Shown: piece by piece, positions 1 through 9,222 of the stretch
Position numbering within the stretch: position 1 is the first letter of the stretch
Layout of the letters: every line of letters begins with the position of its first letter
Virus record (IMG/VR): IMGVR_UViG_3300020203_000008
Coordinates: 64,001 to 128,000 of that record
From: a virus
Strand: one strand, 5' to 3'
Length of the DNA: 64,000 nt
Notes under the pieces: generated by a model
Database searches by the model: none
What the model was told of the DNA's origin: nothing
What the model saw: the letters and a program-made list of their open reading frames with translations, nothing else
Made by a program: the position numbers and the translations under genes

Positions 1-1395
1 TCGCAGTTCTATGCCTTTACTTGGTGGGGTACGAAAACTTATCAGGTTCGGGGACGTTCGAAAAATGGGGTAAAGAGGAAGAAGCAGTTCCTGAATCTTC
101 GAGTACCTCTTGGCATTTCGATGCTGGATCCATTAAAAGTTGTTCCGGTTGGGAACCTTCTCTTTAACCAAGAGCAGTTGGCCTATATTGCCACGCGAGA
201 TGAGAGTTTAAATATTGAGCCTAATCTTCCAGGCAATGTTGTTGGTGGTGGAGACGAGGTTATCAAGAATCTCTTTACCAAGGTTTATGATGCTCCTGCG
301 AACGAACGGCGTCAACTCGCAGATCAGGGAATCGATCCGAATTACCTGTATCTATTGAATCCTGCGACCGTGTGGCGGCATACTGAGACTCGGCCACAAT
401 ACAAGCGGTATGCCGAAGTTCGTATGAAGTCAGTGTTTGAACTTCTGGATCTTAAGCATCAGCTTCGTGAGATGGATCGTGCCCATTTGCTTGGAGCTAC
501 CAACTTCATCGTCCTAGTCAAGAAAGGTACTAAGGAACGCCCTGCTAACCAAACGGAGATTGATAATCTTCAGGCTTCGATGAGGACGCTTGCGCGTCTT
601 CCGGTAATTGTGGGAGACGATCGACTCAACATCGAGATCATCACACCCCAGATGGACAATACCTTGCGACCAGATCGTTATAACGGTCTTGACGCTCGTA
701 TCACTGCTCGTCTATTCCAGATGTTCATGACGGGTAACTTCTCTGCTGGTGCTAAAGGTGATGACTCAATTAAGTTGGCTCGCGTTGTGGCACGAGGTCT
801 AGAGTCTCGTCGCCATATGCTTATGCGTTCTATTGAGAAGAATATCTTTAAGCCCACTTACACTTTGAACGAAGAGTTTACGGATGTTCCAAGCGTTGAG
901 TTCCATCCGAAGCAGATTGCTCTCGATTTCGATGCGGGGTTGGCAGCATTCTTCCAGGGTCTAAGGGACCGCAAGGAAATTAGTCGAGATACTTTGCTTG
1001 CCCAGGTCGATCTCTCTGAAGCTGATGAGGCCCGGAAGCGTGAACGTGAAGCCGAGAACTTCGATGACATCTTCGACACCATTAGTGCCCTCAACGATCC
1101 TGTCGAAATTGCGAAGGTTCAGGCTGAGCTTAATAAGAAGGCTACTGAGCATCAGGCTGAAATTGATATGAAGAAGGCCGATCAGGCGCAGAAGCTTCAA
1201 GTGAAGACCGCTAAGTCCGTGCCGCCACCTGCCGATAACCAGACTGGTGGCGGGGGTGCGAACCAACCACAGCCCAAGCAGGATCCTAAAGCAATTGGCC
1301 GGGCTCGTGGTGGACGAAACAACGGTGGCGGGGCTGCTCCAGGAACAGGCCAGGGGCAGGCTCCAGATCCACGTAAAAAGCCGAAGGGTAGCTAA
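1..1395 (+). CDS. portal protein (5'-truncated by window edge)
   Basis: Frame is open from base 1. It precedes protease/scaffold/capsid genes and has a Gly/Pro/Gln low-complexity C-tail typical of actinophage portals. Called mainly by synteny. Confidence 0.7.
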   Translation, partial: SQFYAFTWWGTKTYQVRGRSKNGVKRKKQFLNLRVPLGISMLDPLKVVPVGNLLFNQEQLAYIATRDESLNIEPNLPGNVVGGGDEVIKNLFTKVYDAPANERRQLADQGIDPNYLYLLNPATVWRHTETRPQYKRYAEVRMKSVFELLDLKHQLREMDRAHLLGATNFIVLVKKGTKERPANQTEIDNLQASMRTLARLPVIVGDDRLNIEIITPQMDNTLRPDRYNGLDARITARLFQMFMTGNFSAGAKGDDSIKLARVVARGLESRRHMLMRSIEKNIFKPTYTLNEEFTDVPSVEFHPKQIALDFDAGLAAFFQGLRDRKEISRDTLLAQVDLSEADEARKREREAENFDDIFDTISALNDPVEIAKVQAELNKKATEHQAEIDMKKADQAQKLQVKTAKSVPPPADNQTGGGGANQPQPKQDPKAIGRARGGRNNGGGAAPGTGQGQAPDPRKKPKGS

Positions 1396-2214
1396 ATGAG
1401 TGTTGTCGTCGTTGAGGGGCAAGACCGATTCTTCTTGGGTGCTCGGGCCACTCTGATCGAAAACGATCGAGAAGTAGCCAATGAGTGGGCAGCCAAGCAT
1501 GTTGTTTCTAATCCTGCTTATGCTTGGGTTCTGGGCAAATTTGTAGAAGCTGACCGGGCGAACAAGAACAAGCAGTATTTTCCTCTAGATGAACTTCAGA
1601 TGGCTCGCCCGAGCATCACAAATGCTCCGATGAACATTAATCATAATACTCGTCGGGTTGTCGGTTCCTTTGTGGCAACTGAGATGGTCTATCCGACCAC
1701 CGAGGAAGCTGACGAGGAGCCACTGAATCCTTATATTGAGAACCTTGGGGTCTTTTGGAAATTCTATTTTCCTGAGGAGTATAGGGAAGTTCAGCTTGCC
1801 AATGCGGAGGGTGGTTTGTTCTACTCAATGGAAGCAATTCCAGAGTCGATTTCCACAATAGGTGGATCTGACGACGAGAAGCTATACCCATATGAGGGGC
1901 GTACTAGTGAGAACTATCCAGATGAGATTAACAATCGCGAAGTAGAAGCGCTGGTATTGCACAAGCCTCACTTTACTGCCGGTGCTCTTATTCTCCCCCC
2001 GGAAAAGCCAGGTTGGTCAAGGGCTGATGCCCGTCAGATCGCCGGTCTCATGAAGGAACGTATGCATGAGGCTGAATTGGCTTATGAGGGTATTAAGAGC
2101 GCGTTCCCTCACCTAGATGCCGATGATTGGGAAGGCATGATGGCTGAACTTTTAGTCGTTGCTGGGTCAGACTCGAATTCAGATCCTGGTAGTACCGGGG
2201 AAAAGTTCAATTAA
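1396..2214 (+). CDS. capsid maturation (prohead) protease-like protein
   Basis: Lies between portal and scaffold; motifs ANKNKQYF, PMNINH, YSME and FTAGALI fit phage prohead proteases. Confidence 0.6.
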   Translation: MSVVVVEGQDRFFLGARATLIENDREVANEWAAKHVVSNPAYAWVLGKFVEADRANKNKQYFPLDELQMARPSITNAPMNINHNTRRVVGSFVATEMVYPTTEEADEEPLNPYIENLGVFWKFYFPEEYREVQLANAEGGLFYSMEAIPESISTIGGSDDEKLYPYEGRTSENYPDEINNREVEALVLHKPHFTAGALILPPEKPGWSRADARQIAGLMKERMHEAELAYEGIKSAFPHLDADDWEGMMAELLVVAGSDSNSDPGSTGEKFN

Positions 2215-2233
2215 TCAGGCGAGATTCCGAATA
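2207..2233 (+). promoter_or_regulatory. putative sigma-28-like late promoter (TCAA-N15-TCCGAATA)
   Basis: Same spacing as the matches at 7758 and 25214; resembles the FliA/WhiG/SigD consensus TAAA-N15-GCCGATAA. Confidence 0.45.
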
Positions 2234-2238
2234 CATAA

Positions 2239-2940
2239 ATGATGACGCTTAAGGATCTTCACGACCGGCTATTGGATGAACGTCCATCGGGTGCTGAGCA
2301 CGCGGCTGACGAATGTCCGTTCTGTCGTGAGGTTGCGTCTGACCTAACCAACAATGGAGGTAATGGAGTGAGCGACAAGACCTTTACAGAAGATGAGGTC
2401 AAGTCTCTCGTTACCGCTGCTGTTGCTGAGGCCGTAAAGCCACTTCAGGATGAAATTGCTTCCCATAAGGAAGCTTCTACTGAGGCTGAGACCGAGGCAA
2501 AGATTGCTGCTATCCGCGAAGAGCTAGAGGCGAAGGTCGAGGAGATTCAGAAGTCTCTCGATGAAGCCACTCTCAAGGCTGAAGCAGCATCGGTAGAGCG
2601 TGACGAGCTAGTGGCCTTCCTGGATTCAGAGAAGGAAAAGGCTGAAAAGGAGGCTGAGACCGCCAAGCTTCGCGAAGAGCGGACTGCAAAGGTCGCAGAA
2701 GTTGCTTCCTTCCCAGAGGAATACGTCAAGGCAAATACTGACCGGTGGGCTTCTATGGAAGAGGACGCTTTTGTTGCTCTCCTGGAGGACTACAAGGCAG
2801 TTGCTGTTAAGCCGTCCGAGGGTGGCCTGCCTGCAAGCACGACAATGAACGCCAGTCGTGAAGAGAACAAGTCCAAGCTTTCCGTTGTTCGTGAGATCAT
2901 TGATCTCCGCAACGAGGGCATCGATACCCGAGCAGTATAA
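2239..2940 (+). CDS. capsid scaffolding protein
   Basis: Acidic Glu/Ala/Lys coiled coil upstream of the capsid genes. N-terminal H...H...CPFC motif; possible internal GTG start at 2368 with GGAGG RBS. Confidence 0.7.
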   Translation: MMTLKDLHDRLLDERPSGAEHAADECPFCREVASDLTNNGGNGVSDKTFTEDEVKSLVTAAVAEAVKPLQDEIASHKEASTEAETEAKIAAIREELEAKVEEIQKSLDEATLKAEAASVERDELVAFLDSEKEKAEKEAETAKLREERTAKVAEVASFPEEYVKANTDRWASMEEDAFVALLEDYKAVAVKPSEGGLPASTTMNASREENKSKLSVVREIIDLRNEGIDTRAV

Positions 2941-2951
2941 GGGGGTAAGAC

Positions 2952-3527
2952 ATGGCATCCTACGGACGTAATTTCGATTTCCGAGTACCACCGTATGGCG
3001 CATCACGTAAGGGACGTTTCTTTGCTCCCCTTACTGGTGCCCGTATTCCGATCGGTGCTCCGATTGGCGCTACGACCGGTGCTGTAAGCACTGATCTACA
3101 GCTAGCTCCGATTAACCTGACTACTAGTGCAACTACTCCAGTTTCAGGTAAGCACGGAATCCTAGTCTATGAGTACGCTCCAGCAGCGTTTGCTGGTGAC
3201 GACCCGTTCATTGTTACTTATTCAGACAAGGACACTGCACCTCTCGGTGCAGCAGTTCAGCTTGTGTCTGGTAAGGACGTGAAGGTCGTATTTAAGAACA
3301 CATCTGCCCGCACATTCCTACGTCAGCGTGCATACGCTGCTCGGACCATGGTGGCAGGTATCGGAATCGCTACACCGACTATTGCAGTAGGGGATTTCCT
3401 TACTCCTGGTGTCGGTAATGATTCTGCTGGATATTGGGCCGAGGTTGGGGCTGGCGCTACTGCATGGCTAGTTGTAACCGGTATCGACAATGCTAGGGCT
3501 GAGGTTGAAGCCCAGCTTCTCTTCTAA
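2952..3527 (+). CDS. capsid decoration/head protein
   Basis: 191-aa Ala/Gly/Thr-rich beta protein between scaffold and major capsid; RBS AAGGGGG. Confidence 0.55.
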   Translation: MASYGRNFDFRVPPYGASRKGRFFAPLTGARIPIGAPIGATTGAVSTDLQLAPINLTTSATTPVSGKHGILVYEYAPAAFAGDDPFIVTYSDKDTAPLGAAVQLVSGKDVKVVFKNTSARTFLRQRAYAARTMVAGIGIATPTIAVGDFLTPGVGNDSAGYWAEVGAGATAWLVVTGIDNARAEVEAQLLF

Positions 3528-3540
3528 GGGGGGACTGAAT

Positions 3541-4512
3541 ATGCCTATGGTAGACAAGTACGGTCGCTCCGACGACGAGCGTAAGGCTCTCCGAGAGAAG
3601 ATCGAGCAGGCTAACACCATTGCTCGTGACAACTGGGATAACCCAACATGGCGGCGTGAGATGGCAGCGGATCTAACCGCTACCATTTATCGTGGTTTCG
3701 ATCACGAGAACCTTCTTTCGCTATTCTCTGAGGTTGAGAACCTTCCTTTCGATGGACGGTCATTCGTTCGTGAGACTCGTGGCCTCCGGGCCTTTTGGGT
3801 AGCTCGCGGTGGTTACATCGAGGCAAGCTCGATCACGCAGGACGTGTTCGAGATCACTCGTGACACCATCGGGTTCCACGTAACAGAGTTCGAAGACAAG
3901 TTGATGACCAACTTCGCTGAAACTCAGGCGACTTTGGTTAATCTTGGAATTCAGCGTCTTGACGCTGAAGTTAACCTCCGGTTCCTCCGGGCGTTCCAGG
4001 CAGCTATTCCTTCTACTTCTGCTTTCTACTCCCAGGGAGCGGGGCTCAGCCTCACTACCCTTAATACCGCACTTCGTGAGGTTCGAGACGCATCTCGTTC
4101 CCGCAATGTGACGATCATCGGTCGTGCAACAATGACCGACCAGATCATGGACACCTTGGTAGCGCAGTCGCAGTATCCTGCGTTCCTGCCGGAGAGCAAT
4201 GAAACTCTCCTCAACTTGGGTGTTCTCGGTACGTACCGTGGAGCAAAGATTGTCACACTGACCAACTACTTGGACAGTGAAGACCTTCCGTTCTTCCCGG
4301 CTAACGAGCTTTACGTCATCAGTGCGGACGCTTCTAAGTTCGCCTTCTTCGGTGGTCTTATGTCGAAGGAGTTCACTGAGGACGACGCTTGGTACTGGCA
4401 TTACCTTGCACGGCGCGATTTCGGTGGTGTGGTTCACCGCCCACAGCGTGCCCGTCGCATCGTGGACACCAGCATCAGTGCGAACCTTGCACAGGATGGT
4501 TCCTTCGCGTAA
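3541..4512 (+). CDS. major capsid protein (HK97-like)
   Basis: ~323 aa from ATG 3541 (RBS AAGGGGG). Strongly biased codons, GVLGTYRGAKIV and RRDFGGVV motifs, followed by a terminator-like hairpin. Confidence 0.8.
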   Translation: MPMVDKYGRSDDERKALREKIEQANTIARDNWDNPTWRREMAADLTATIYRGFDHENLLSLFSEVENLPFDGRSFVRETRGLRAFWVARGGYIEASSITQDVFEITRDTIGFHVTEFEDKLMTNFAETQATLVNLGIQRLDAEVNLRFLRAFQAAIPSTSAFYSQGAGLSLTTLNTALREVRDASRSRNVTIIGRATMTDQIMDTLVAQSQYPAFLPESNETLLNLGVLGTYRGAKIVTLTNYLDSEDLPFFPANELYVISADASKFAFFGGLMSKEFTEDDAWYWHYLARRDFGGVVHRPQRARRIVDTSISANLAQDGSFA

Positions 4513-4539
4513 GGATTATCCTGGTGAGTTTATGGGTGG

Positions 4540-4562
4540 GGGGGGCTGTTTGGCCCCCCTTT
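4540..4562 (+). terminator. intrinsic terminator-like hairpin after capsid gene
   Basis: GGGGGGCT-GTTT-GGCCCCCC followed by TTT. Confidence 0.6.
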
Positions 4563-4565
4563 ACC

Positions 4566-4574
4566 TGTTATAAT
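4566..4574 (+). promoter_or_regulatory. extended -10 promoter TGTTATAAT
   Basis: Perfect TGnTATAAT in the intergenic gap upstream of the 4621 gene. Confidence 0.5.
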
Positions 4575-4620
4575 GCAAGAATTGGGTGGCTCAGGTCACA
4601 TAGGAGATTAGGAGAAATAC

Positions 4621-5160
4621 ATGGCACGAATTGTTGATGATCCAACCGGTTTCGAGACCTGGAAGAATACGGTTCCCGGTAAGGTTGTAATTAAGCGTAT
4701 GGGCCGCACGGGTGAACTCGTTGATGAGATGATCTCTGGAGAGCGCACTTTTCATATTACGCCCGCAGAACGCCGATTGAATCAGGAGATGGCTGCTGAT
4801 GAGTTTCTTGATTTCTTTCAGAATGGAGTGCTGGTTCCAGTGAAGCTGATTGAATCTGCTGAAGACGTAGAAGCGATTAAGTCTAATCCTAATCTTGTTA
4901 CTGAGGATGAGATGAAGGACTTGATCGAGAATCGTCGTGCGATTAAGGCTTTCCAGGAGCGAGTTGAGTCCATTAGGAATCCGACCGCACTTCAGCGCAT
5001 GCTGGAGCTTGCTAAGGCTGATGACAACGCAACTGTACGGCAGTTAGAGGTTATTGAGGCTCGCTTGAAGCAGGTTGCTCCGTCCCTTCATCAAGAGATC
5101 GAAGTAGTCGACGCCCGCCCAGTGGCATCGGGCACGAAGAATGCTATTTCGCCTCGATAA
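4621..5160 (+). CDS. hypothetical virion-module protein
   Basis: 179-aa ORF with AGGAG RBS, downstream of the capsid gene. Confidence 0.7.
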   Translation: MARIVDDPTGFETWKNTVPGKVVIKRMGRTGELVDEMISGERTFHITPAERRLNQEMAADEFLDFFQNGVLVPVKLIESAEDVEAIKSNPNLVTEDEMKDLIENRRAIKAFQERVESIRNPTALQRMLELAKADDNATVRQLEVIEARLKQVAPSLHQEIEVVDARPVASGTKNAISPR

Positions 5161-5172
5161 AGGAGCTTATTT

Positions 5173-5700
5173 ATGGCGATCGATCTTGCTGATCTCATCG
5201 ATCCGCTGAAGCGCGAAGTGAGCCCACCGGGTACTAACTTGTTCCCAACTGCCGTTGAGGACGAGTGGCTCGGTCAGCTTAGTGATTCCTTCTGGGAAGC
5301 AAAGCTGTTTGGTTTCTTCGGCACATTCACGGAATCGGACGGGCTTGTGCAGCCTATTACCTCTGGTGGTTTAGAGTTTACCCGATCCGAGCAGCAACTT
5401 ATTGTGTTGTTTGCTGGAATTCGTGTAGTTCGTATGGCTATGATTAATAAGAACACCCTATTCCGGGCTCAAGCTGGCCCTGTTGAGTTCGAGACGCAGA
5501 CCTCCGCCAATCTTCTTAATGAAGTGCTGAAAGAATTGCAAGCTAAGATTAATCTTATTTACACAGTGCTGGGCAGTCTTGGGACGATTACTGATGCTTA
5601 CATAGACTCCCTGGCCGAGAGGAATTACAGCATTGGTGCTGGTAATACTGCCTGGTGGAGTGCTGATAACAGCCGTCGTGTTGGCAACAGATATTTCTGA
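5173..5700 (+). CDS. head-to-tail adaptor (putative)
   Basis: Position, size and helical content; AGPVEFE strand typical of adaptors. Confidence 0.5.
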   Translation: MAIDLADLIDPLKREVSPPGTNLFPTAVEDEWLGQLSDSFWEAKLFGFFGTFTESDGLVQPITSGGLEFTRSEQQLIVLFAGIRVVRMAMINKNTLFRAQAGPVEFETQTSANLLNEVLKELQAKINLIYTVLGSLGTITDAYIDSLAERNYSIGAGNTAWWSADNSRRVGNRYF

Positions 5701-5710
5701 GGATTGAGTT

Positions 5711-6172
5711 ATGGCTGGGACCGATTCGAGGTTTAACGCTACTCAATTCCGTGATGCCATTCATTTTGCGATGACCATGGGTTTGCCTGACGCGACTTCC
5801 GAACGCATCACGTTACGTTGGAAAAAACGACGTACCTATACGCAGGAAGATGCTGGCAGAAATCCTTTCGACTGGTCGGATTCTCCCGTTACAGATGTTG
5901 CACATACAGATGTCGCTCTGAAGGCAGCCGTTGAGTTCCAGTTTGTTCGTTCTGGCGTAGAGAACAACCCAGTGGGTCAGTTCGAGGCTCCTAATCTGGT
6001 TGTGACTCTTCTTGATACTGAGTATCCCTCGCTTTTCGCCTCAGATGGTAAACGTGCTGACGAGGTTATACTTGATGGTTCTACCTACCAAATTAACTTC
6101 GTAGCTCCTCCCATTGGACTCTTCGATGTAACGGTATATCAAATTTATTGTAGTGGGCTTGACGAGGCATAA
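5711..6172 (+). CDS. head-to-tail stopper/closure protein (putative)
   Basis: Beta-rich, with DEVILDGSTYQI motif typical of stoppers; synteny. Confidence 0.5.
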   Translation: MAGTDSRFNATQFRDAIHFAMTMGLPDATSERITLRWKKRRTYTQEDAGRNPFDWSDSPVTDVAHTDVALKAAVEFQFVRSGVENNPVGQFEAPNLVVTLLDTEYPSLFASDGKRADEVILDGSTYQINFVAPPIGLFDVTVYQIYCSGLDEA

Positions 6173-6690
6173 TGCAGTATGTTGGTGGTCTTCGGGCGCG
6201 GCTTATCAGGCAATCTGTTTACATGACGATCAACGATGCCCTTTTGACTTTAGATTGGTTCAACCCTGGCCGTAGGCACAAGCCGGTCACTTTTGTTGCC
6301 TATCCAGTAAACCCTGATACTGAAGTCCCTTTTAATACGGCTGCTCTTTCAGATGAGGATATTTTCGAAAGCGAAGATGAGGTTGGCTCACAGTTTGCTG
6401 AGCACCGCTGGACCTTCTATGTGGACTTCTACGCTGAATCTGACGCTTTGGGACTCCACTTTCAGCAGGATGTTAGGGCAATCCTCTCAGGGCGAATGGA
6501 CGCCGTAGGAAGAAACTATCCAAAAGTGGATGTCTATGACTGGACCATGGCAACTCCACCGCTAATCTTTACGGTCCAGATTGAGAATGTGGTGGGCGAC
6601 CGGGCACACGATTTCCCGAAGAGGTACCAACAGCATTGGTACGCAGTGCGGTTCGATGTTGTTGATAACTATGGAAATGAATTCTACTGA
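6172..6690 (+). CDS. tail terminator-like protein (putative)
   Basis: Coupled TAATG start; FYVDFYA and YAVRFDV strands; synteny. Confidence 0.45.
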   Translation: MQYVGGLRARLIRQSVYMTINDALLTLDWFNPGRRHKPVTFVAYPVNPDTEVPFNTAALSDEDIFESEDEVGSQFAEHRWTFYVDFYAESDALGLHFQQDVRAILSGRMDAVGRNYPKVDVYDWTMATPPLIFTVQIENVVGDRAHDFPKRYQQHWYAVRFDVVDNYGNEFY

Positions 6691-6974
6691 TGCAGCCAGT
6701 CCTGAATGAAGTTTTAGCACGCAGAAGGGATCGAGGAATTGCTATTATGCTCGGTCTTAAAGAAAGGGAATGCGATCAGTTTCTGCCCCGTGAGGTTAGC
6801 GTAAAGCTCCGCAAGGCCGTACTAGATCAGTTTAATGAATTTTACGATCTTTGTGTTGATGTCATCAGATCTCTAGATACCGGCGAAAACATTATCAATG
6901 AACACTACTTGAATAGACTTGAAGAGAAAATTGATGCTATCCACGATAGCTTGCAGCAAGTGCCGAAAGACTAA
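6690..6974 (+). CDS. hypothetical protein
   Basis: Translationally coupled on both sides. Confidence 0.65.
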   Translation: MQPVLNEVLARRRDRGIAIMLGLKERECDQFLPREVSVKLRKAVLDQFNEFYDLCVDVIRSLDTGENIINEHYLNRLEEKIDAIHDSLQQVPKD

Positions 6975-7765
6975 TGGCGACTAATCCAGCAATTAACTCC
7001 GTCATAACCAGGACCAAATTTGTTCTTTCTGAGCGCATAGCGACCAAAGTCAGGGCTGCTGTAGCTGAGGCAGTCACTAAAGGTGGTGCCAGTGAGAGGT
7101 TGACTCAGTTTGGTGATGGGCTGTCTAGTTCTATTGGCGGCAGAGCAGGGAAGAGTTCTCTTGCTAATGCCCATAGGGACGTAGCTGCTGGAATGCAGCA
7201 GGCGGTCCTTGCTTCTTATGCTCAGAGGGTCACCGCTCGGAAGCGCATTAAGGAACCTTACCGGGTTGGTCAGAATCGATTTTCTGGTGGAGCCTTGCGA
7301 CGTGCTTTGAAGAGCGAAAATATGGTTTCTGCCAATCACGATGGTATTGCTTTTGTTAACAAGGACATCCTGGATGCTGAAGCTAGGCACTGGTATAGAC
7401 TTAACTATGGTGCCGGTGCCAGGGGTGCCACGAACAACGCCAAGTCCTATCGACTAAAGCTTTTCGGTTCTACGATCTCACAGATCTCTGACCCCGGTGG
7501 CCCTAGTGGCGCGTTCAAGATGCCACGAGGTATCTGGGGTGGTAATGAGTCAGCGAAGGGTGCTGGTTTCCCTGCTGGTTTCTATCCAACAGGAGTATCG
7601 CTGGTTGTACCGACACAAGGTATTGCTGCACGCAGATACTTGGATGCTGGTCTGGCGTATCTCGCTAAGAATCTCGGGCCTCGTTATGAAGAACTGCTTG
7701 ACGAGTGGATTGACCAAGCCGAACGAGGTAAGGGTCCATTAAGCAAGACGGTCCATATCAAATAA
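6974..7765 (+). CDS. neck/tail-completion protein (HK97 gp10-like, putative)
   Basis: Basic protein with SGGALRRAL, LNYG and GIAARRYL motifs, just before the major tail gene. Confidence 0.5.
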   Translation: MATNPAINSVITRTKFVLSERIATKVRAAVAEAVTKGGASERLTQFGDGLSSSIGGRAGKSSLANAHRDVAAGMQQAVLASYAQRVTARKRIKEPYRVGQNRFSGGALRRALKSENMVSANHDGIAFVNKDILDAEARHWYRLNYGAGARGATNNAKSYRLKLFGSTISQISDPGGPSGAFKMPRGIWGGNESAKGAGFPAGFYPTGVSLVVPTQGIAARRYLDAGLAYLAKNLGPRYEELLDEWIDQAERGKGPLSKTVHIK

Positions 7766-7784
7766 ACGTTCTGCTTGCCGATAG
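7758..7784 (+). promoter_or_regulatory. putative sigma-28-like late promoter (TCAA-N15-GCCGATAG)
   Basis: Near-consensus sigma-28 promoter upstream of the major tail gene. Confidence 0.5.
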
Positions 7785-7788
7785 ATAC

Positions 7789-7874
7789 TAGGAGCGCAGG
7801 CATTGGAATGCACTGGATACTGAGGTATCCGCCCTGGGATTGAGCTATCGGGTCTGCGGCCTACTATTCAGGAG
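7789..7874 (+). promoter_or_regulatory. structured 5' leader (multi-stem junction, five GGA motifs)
   Basis: Stems TAGG/CCTA plus CGCAGG/TCTGCG enclose hairpins GCAT-TGGA-ATGC and GGATAC-TGAG-GTATCC and a weaker CCC..GGG stem. Confidence 0.45.
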
Positions 7875-7882
7875 TTTTGCTA

Positions 7883-9100
7883 ATGGCAATTAAGTCCGGT
7901 TCGATTCTTCACGACTCTCGCGGTTTCGTTGTAGACCGCATTCAGAGTGGTGGAGTTAGCAACCTTAATATTCCTCTAGAGAAGATCTACGAAACTGGTA
8001 ACTACAGTTCCGTGACGACTCTGCGAGACATCCCAGAGCTTCAGTTCGAGCTGGAGTCCCTCGATGTCTCTACGGAGACGGAAGCTCTTATTAACGGCCT
8101 AGACCCAGCGACTGTGACCACTGGCCAGAAGTTGGACTTCATCAACTCGCTACCGATGGACATTGTTTCTCCATTCAAGGCGGGTAACGGGGCGTTCAAC
8201 ATCGTTAAGGGTATCGTTATCCCTTATCTCAGTCTGGACTCGGTTACCTATCGTTTCGGTGTTCGTCAGAACTCGACTCAGACCTTCAGCCTCCGGGGTG
8301 ACTCTCTCTACTACATCCCTGGTACTCCGAAGATCCAAGAGTTCACCATTACTGCTGGTGCTAACCAGGTTTATGCCTTTGCTAACACCGCTATTGCTTA
8401 CACAGAAACTGGTACCACGCTATACGCCCTAAGCGTTTGCGCCAAGAACACCTCCACCGGGATCTTTAAGCGTCTCTTCTTCGGAGACGACTTTACGAAT
8501 ACCCCTGCCAACGTTACCGTCCTTGCTAATCTCTTTACTCAGGGTTACAACAGGCTCCACGTAACCTACGGAACCGCTACCGCTGCAACATATAACAGCA
8601 CGGTTCACCAGGGAGCGACCGTTAAGCCGGGTGCTGTTCGTGGTAAGGACGTATGTGTTTACGTTTCTGATGGTGCAGCCACTCCGACTCTCCTTCGTTG
8701 GACTGGTATTCAGACCTTTGAAGCAACTCGATCGGTGAACCTTGAGGCAGATGAGGAACTCTGTAACACCCACTACGTGTCTTATGACTACGACATAGCT
8801 GAGGTTAAGGGAACCATCGGTCTTAAGCCATTCAATTACACCGATCTGTTTGACAAGATCGCACAGGTTTCTAATGTGAGTACCAGTGTTATTGCTGGTC
8901 CATATTCTTCGGCTGCCCTTGAGATTCTCGTGAAGATCAAGGATCCGGACACTGGTGTAACCCTGAAGACTATCGATATCCCGGACGCTAGGTTCACGCT
9001 CCCGGCCATTCAGCCTCGGGCTAATACCAAGCTAGAGACTACCTTCAATTGGGAGTCTGACTCTGGAACGATGTACGTATACAGGGGTGACAAGCCCTGA
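7883..9100 (+). CDS. major tail (tube) protein
   Basis: Thr/Gly/beta-rich with biased codons; precedes the chaperone pair and tape measure; RBS CAGGAG. Confidence 0.75.
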   Translation: MAIKSGSILHDSRGFVVDRIQSGGVSNLNIPLEKIYETGNYSSVTTLRDIPELQFELESLDVSTETEALINGLDPATVTTGQKLDFINSLPMDIVSPFKAGNGAFNIVKGIVIPYLSLDSVTYRFGVRQNSTQTFSLRGDSLYYIPGTPKIQEFTITAGANQVYAFANTAIAYTETGTTLYALSVCAKNTSTGIFKRLFFGDDFTNTPANVTVLANLFTQGYNRLHVTYGTATAATYNSTVHQGATVKPGAVRGKDVCVYVSDGAATPTLLRWTGIQTFEATRSVNLEADEELCNTHYVSYDYDIAEVKGTIGLKPFNYTDLFDKIAQVSNVSTSVIAGPYSSAALEILVKIKDPDTGVTLKTIDIPDARFTLPAIQPRANTKLETTFNWESDSGTMYVYRGDKP

Positions 9101-9106
9101 TAATTG

Positions 9107-9134
9107 ATCTACTTCGGTAGATAGCTGGTAGAAT
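9107..9134 (+). promoter_or_regulatory. palindrome ATCTAC-TTCG-GTAGAT followed by extended -10 TGGTAGAAT
   Basis: Seen directly in the intergenic region after the major tail gene. Confidence 0.4.
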
Positions 9135-9177
9135 AAGTGGGTTCATCCGAATCCGCGTGGACTGTGGACGAGGGAAG

Positions 9178-9199
9178 GTGGGGGGCTTCGGCCCCTCAC
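9178..9199 (+). terminator. GC-rich cUUCGg hairpin (terminator or stabiliser)
   Basis: GTGGGGGGC-TTCG-GCCCCTCAC; no adjacent U-tract. Confidence 0.45.
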
Positions 9200-9222
9200 T
9201 CAACCTCATTTAAAGGAGCAAC

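Noticed and set aside
3490-3540. Upstream ATG for the major capsid gene
   Set aside because: It overlaps the previous gene; ATG 3541 has the RBS.
858-4437. Minus-strand ORFs over portal/scaffold/capsid (e.g. 961..1500, 3760..4437)
   Set aside because: Shadow ORFs opposite well-supported structural genes.
7789-7874. tRNA gene in the cloverleaf-like leader
   Set aside because: No TTCG/TTCA T-loop, no 7-bp acceptor stem or CCA, and no proper anticodon arm.
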